This document shows, in pieces, positions 56,387 to 60,130 of a stretch of DNA of 60,130 nucleotides. Numbering within the stretch: position 1 is the stretch's first letter; each line of letters begins with the position of its first letter. This stretch comes from Clostridiales bacterium UBA1740 (GTDB lineage: Bacteria > Bacillota > Clostridia > Oscillospirales > CAG-272), in the NCBI GenBank assembly GCA_002315715.1, contig DCHY01000035.1, forward strand, positions 1-60,130. The letters are read 5' to 3'. Below the pieces are notes generated by a model that saw nothing but the letters and a program-made list of their open reading frames with translations, was not told where the DNA came from and searched no databases. Made by a program: the position numbers and the translations under genes.

Positions 56387-56773
56387 ATGCAAACGCTTGA
56401 AGAGTATATGAAAATCCATAAGAAAAATCGCGAAAAGAGCATGGATTTTGCTTCCTATTTATATCGTCTCATGGACGCGCGCGGCATTCAAAGAAACGCC
56501 GACGTGTATGAAAAAGCCGGCATTACCAAACAGGCGTGGTCAAACATCGTATCGGGAAAATGTCAGCCGTCGATGGCAACCGCCATTAAGTTGGCGCTTG
56601 CGCTTCACCTCAATACGCACGAGTGTAAATACCTCTTAAAGAAGGCGGGATATACCCTCTCTTCCGCCTCGGATTTTGCCCTCATCATTCGCTACTGCAT
56701 CGAAAACGGCATCTATGATTTTGTCGAGGTGGATACACTTCTGTCGGAAAACGGTTATGCCGACTTCTTCTAA
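56387..56773 (+). CDS. XRE-like helix-turn-helix protein
   Basis: HTH segment YEKAGITKQAWSNIVSGKCQPSMATAIKLALAL. Divergent from the hydrolase operon. ATG at 56387 (the ORF track start at 56363 is a TTG). Confidence 0.6.
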   Translation: MQTLEEYMKIHKKNREKSMDFASYLYRLMDARGIQRNADVYEKAGITKQAWSNIVSGKCQPSMATAIKLALALHLNTHECKYLLKKAGYTLSSASDFALIIRYCIENGIYDFVEVDTLLSENGYADFF

Positions 56774-57021
56774 AAACCTTAAAACCGCATACAATACTTT
56801 ACAAAAACGGGGCATTTCGCTCCGTTTTTTCTTGTTTTTCCGTCCCGAATGCGTCGTCGCAAATTCTCTTTATGTGTGATGGCGACGCTTTCCGTCTACC
56901 GCCGCCCGCCGTTTGCGCTTTTACCGAGAACGTATTTTACATCCTATTCATACTCAGTATAGCCCATACGTCGTGTCCCGTCAAGGCTTTCTCTTTTTCC
57001 CTTCTTGTTTTGCAACGGTGC

Positions 57022-57050
57022 TTGACAATCCCTTAAAAATCTGTTATAAT
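57022..57050 (+). promoter_or_regulatory. Consensus sigma-A promoter (TTGACA-17-TATAAT) for the S41 peptidase gene
   Basis: Exact hexamers at 57022-57027 and 57045-57050. Confidence 0.6.
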
Positions 57051-57116
57051 TACCATTTAGTAAAACCGCACGTATGCCCGGGCGCATGCGTGAAGCAAAC
57101 CGAAAGGGGACAAGCC

Positions 57117-58748
57117 ATGAAAAAACTGTTAGCAATCTTTCTTGTTTTGACGTTTGTTGTGTCGACGTCTTTGACACTTGCTTCCTGCACTTTCAGTTTC
57201 AATCCGCAATTGCCGGTGACGAAACAAACCATCGAGAAAAATCTGAATGAAGAAGAAACCGACACTTTTTCCAAAGTGACCGATTACCTCAAGCACTGGA
57301 AACTGCCGGCTTTCGACGCGACGAGAATCGACGCCTCCGAGACGGCGGCGGCACCGCTTTATTACCAAAACGGCGTCAGTGCCGAAACGGTAGCAAGAAC
57401 CCTCTCCAATCGGTTCCTCTCGGAGTATTACGACTCGATAGATAAAACGAATAAATCCCTCGTCACCTTGACCTACAACAAACTGTATTTTGAGGTTTTG
57501 GACGCTCTCGAACGGACGCCGAAGACCGACGACGAATTGCTTGCCGCTTCCTTGACGGCGCCCGCCGACTATAGTTACGCATCGCAGTTCTTGCTCGCCT
57601 GGGGCATGCCGATGTTTTACGCATTCAAACTCATGGAAATCGAGGAGAGATTTTCTCTTACCTATTATAAAGCCGACGAGATTCCGACGAAATACACCCT
57701 TGCCAAGGCGGTCGTTGACGCTTACGTCACCGCCGACGAAACCGAAGCGGAAACGATAGAAGACGTGACCAACGGCATCATCCGCACCTACGTCCTCGGC
57801 ATCGGGGATAAATACGCGGCGTACCGCACCCCCGTCGAATATGAAGAATACGACGACGATATGTCCGGCACCTACGTCGGCATCGGTATCATCGTCAACT
57901 ACGATTATGAAGAACAAACCTTGACCGTTTCGGGATTCCCCGACGGTTCTCCGGCGAAAGAAGCCGGCATTGCCCTCGGCGACATTCTCTTTGCCGTCAA
58001 CGGCGAAGAAGCCAAAACGCTCGGCTACGACACGACGATTGCCAAGGTCCGCGGTGTCGAGGGGACCGAGGTCACCGTCACGATGCAGCGCGGCGAAGAA
58101 TTTCTCGACTTTACCGTAACGCGAAAGACCCTGCCCGATAATACCGTTTCCTACGAAATCGAAAACGATATCGCCTATATCCGCATTTCACAGTTCAAAG
58201 CCAACACCGGCGAACTCTTCAAAACGGCAGTCGATAAAGCCGAGGCCGACGGCGCGAAAGCCATGATTTTTGACCTTCGTTCCAATCCCGGCGGATATCT
58301 TGACAGCGTCGTGGAAGCCCTCTCCTATACCGTGCCAAACGGTACGCCGATCGCCTCCTTCAGCATCGGTTCCTACGGAACCATTACCGCCTACGACGAC
58401 CACGCCTTGACCGTACCCTGTGCCGTACTTTGCAACGGATACACCGCCTCTGCCGGTGAACTGTTTACCGCGGCGCTGCGCGACTATGCAACGGAAGCCT
58501 TCGGACTTCTCGACGTCACCGTCATCGGCACCGAGACCTACAAAAAGGGCGTCATGCAAAACACCTACGTTTTGTCGGACGAATCGACCTTGACTTTGAC
58601 GGTTTCCTACTACAATCCCCCTTCGGGCGTCAACTACGACGGCGTCGGCATCGTACCCGACGTCGTGCTTGCATATGACGGCGGCACCGATAACCAAAAG
58701 GCGTGTGCCGTTGACCTTCTCACCGCCAAGATAGCACAAAATCAATAA
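57117..58748 (+). CDS. S41-family C-terminal processing peptidase (lipoprotein) with a long N-terminal extension
   Basis: Lipobox LTLASC, PDZ region (GIGIIVNYD...GSPAKEAGIALGDILFAVNG), catalytic-Ser context NGYTASAGELF. Confidence 0.85.
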   Translation: MKKLLAIFLVLTFVVSTSLTLASCTFSFNPQLPVTKQTIEKNLNEEETDTFSKVTDYLKHWKLPAFDATRIDASETAAAPLYYQNGVSAETVARTLSNRFLSEYYDSIDKTNKSLVTLTYNKLYFEVLDALERTPKTDDELLAASLTAPADYSYASQFLLAWGMPMFYAFKLMEIEERFSLTYYKADEIPTKYTLAKAVVDAYVTADETEAETIEDVTNGIIRTYVLGIGDKYAAYRTPVEYEEYDDDMSGTYVGIGIIVNYDYEEQTLTVSGFPDGSPAKEAGIALGDILFAVNGEEAKTLGYDTTIAKVRGVEGTEVTVTMQRGEEFLDFTVTRKTLPDNTVSYEIENDIAYIRISQFKANTGELFKTAVDKAEADGAKAMIFDLRSNPGGYLDSVVEALSYTVPNGTPIASFSIGSYGTITAYDDHALTVPCAVLCNGYTASAGELFTAALRDYATEAFGLLDVTVIGTETYKKGVMQNTYVLSDESTLTLTVSYYNPPSGVNYDGVGIVPDVVLAYDGGTDNQKACAVDLLTAKIAQNQ

Positions 58749-58777
58749 GATTATTTTAATTTTTAGGAGATACAAAC

Positions 58778-59254
58778 ATGGAAATCAAAACCTACACCAA
58801 AGAAGGTTTCCAAGCACTTCAGGATGAGCTTGACTACCTTGTCAACGTCAGAGTGGAAGAAAACAAGAAAGAAATTTCCACCGCGCGCGCTTTCGGTGAC
58901 CTTTCCGAAAACAGCGAATACGACGAAGCCAAGGCAGAACAGGGCAAAATTCACTCCCGTATTGCCGAGCTGAAAGAAATGATTGCCCACGCCAAAGTGC
59001 TTGACGAATCCGAAATCGACCGCGACCGCGTCAGCGTCGGTTCCATCGTCACCCTCTTCAACGAAGAGAGAAATCAGGAATTTACCTACCACATCGTCGG
59101 CTCCTACGAGACCGACCCCTTCAACGGTAAAATATCCGATTCTTCCCCCATCGGTATCGCCCTTCTCGGTGCGAAAGCCGGTGCGCGCGTCACCGTCAGC
59201 GGTGCGCGTGAACAGCACTTGCAGATTCTTTCCGTAAAACGCGCTAAAGAATAA
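58778..59254 (+). CDS. greA: Transcription elongation factor GreA (copy 2, canonical greA-lysS arrangement)
   Basis: [17 protein letters not shown] tip motif and [20 protein letters not shown]-domain. 158 aa. Confidence 0.95.
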   Translation: MEIKTYTKEGFQALQDELDYLVNVRVEENKKEISTARAFGDLSENSEYDEAKAEQGKIHSRIAELKEMIAHAKVLDESEIDRDRVSVGSIVTLFNEERNQEFTYHIVGSYETDPFNGKISDSSPIGIALLGAKAGARVTVSGAREQHLQILSVKRAKE

Positions 59255-59264
59255 GGAGAAGCAC

Positions 59265-60130
59265 ATGGCTGAAGAAAACGTATTGAACAGTACGAGCGAA
59301 CTGCAAATCCGCCGTGACAAACTCGCCGCTCTCGTAGCGGAGGGCAACGATCCTTTCGTCGTCACGAAATTTGACGTGTCCGACTCGGCACCCGCGATCA
59401 TCGCGGCTTATAACGAAAACGAGGCACAACTCACCGAAAAGGGCGAAACCATGACGGTCAGAGTGGCGGGCAGAATGCTCAGCCGCCGTATCATGGGCAA
59501 GGCCTCTTTCGCACATCTTTCCGACGGCGAAGGCAAAATCCAGCTTTACGTCGCGCGCGACGACCTCGGCGAAGAGGGTTACGCCGCTTTCAAAAAGTGG
59601 GATATCGGTGACATCATCGGCATCGAGGGCGAAGTCTTCCGCACCCGTACCGGCGAGGTTTCGATTCACACGAAAAGCGCAAAACTCCTCTCAAAGTCGC
59701 TCCTTCCCCTGCCCGAGAAGTTCCACGGCCTTACCAATCTCGAACAGCGCTACCGCCAAAGATACGTGGACCTCATCGTCAACGAGGAAGTCAAAGACAC
59801 CTTCAAAAAGCGCTCCAAAATTTTGACGCTCATCCGCCGTTATCTCGACGGAAAGGGATTTCTTGAGGTGGATACGCCCATTCTCGTGCCGCTTGAAATC
59901 GGCGCGTCGGCGCGTCCTTTCATCACGCACCACAACACCCTTGACATGGATATGTACCTCCGTGTCGAGACCGAACTTTACTTAAAACGCCTTATCGTCG
60001 GCGGTATGAACCGCGTGTATGAAGTCGGCAGAATCTTCCGCAACGAAGGTATGGATCAGAAACATAACCCCGAGTTCACCTCCATCGAACTGTATCAGGC
60101 GTACACCGATTTCCACGGCATGATGGACCT
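59265..60130 (+). CDS. lysS: Lysine--tRNA ligase, class II (5' part; continues beyond the window)
   Basis: My own translation from the ATG at 59265 gives [31 protein letters not shown]...[30 protein letters not shown]...[23 protein letters not shown]...[23 protein letters not shown]. It is open to the window end, so it is absent from the ORF track. AAGGAGAA RBS. Confidence 0.9.
   Translation, partial: MAEENVLNSTSELQIRRDKLAALVAEGNDPFVVTKFDVSDSAPAIIAAYNENEAQLTEKGETMTVRVAGRMLSRRIMGKASFAHLSDGEGKIQLYVARDDLGEEGYAAFKKWDIGDIIGIEGEVFRTRTGEVSIHTKSAKLLSKSLLPLPEKFHGLTNLEQRYRQRYVDLIVNEEVKDTFKKRSKILTLIRRYLDGKGFLEVDTPILVPLEIGASARPFITHHNTLDMDMYLRVETELYLKRLIVGGMNRVYEVGRIFRNEGMDQKHNPEFTSIELYQAYTDFHGMMD

Overview
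GC-rich, tightly packed chromosomal segment from a spore-forming Firmicute, probably Clostridia. The markers are a spoIIAA-spoIIAB-sigF operon, a CotF-like coat protein and CIRCE-controlled groES-groEL. I call about 56 protein genes and see no rRNA, tRNA, CRISPR array, transposase, integrase or prophage module. Most of the window is housekeeping: manA, prmC, ddl-murI, rbfA-nrnA-rimI-tsaD-rex, DnaD/DnaI-like, dusB, mtnN, ackA, two greA copies, comM, groESL, ygiQ and lysS (partial, runs off the 3' end). The accessory-looking parts are as follows. (1) A two-gene operon pairing a CofE/F420-ligase-fold protein with a GMP-synthase ATP-pyrophosphatase subunit that lacks its glutamine amidotransferase domain. 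(2) A 1.1-kb secreted-protein cassette bounded by near-identical terminator hairpins. (3) A LysR / TAXI-TRAP / PHP hydrolase / EamA / CapA cluster. (4) A MATE efflux gene behind a terminator-containing leader. (5) An MBOAT O-acyltransferase locus flanked by two paralogous DltD/AlgX-like extracytoplasmic proteins plus a small 3-TM protein. (6) A signal-peptide-less PL8 lyase / GH78 / oxidoreductase operon, whose GH78 gene has its only ATG plus SD displaced out of frame by a 10-nt direct repeat. (7) An orphan small alarmone hydrolase with an unknown partner and a divergent HTH gene. (8) A small AT-rich islet (bPH membrane protein plus RHH regulator) next to groEL. All calls rest on reading the sequence and ORF translations by eye. 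No database searches were run, so family assignments are motif-based recognitions.
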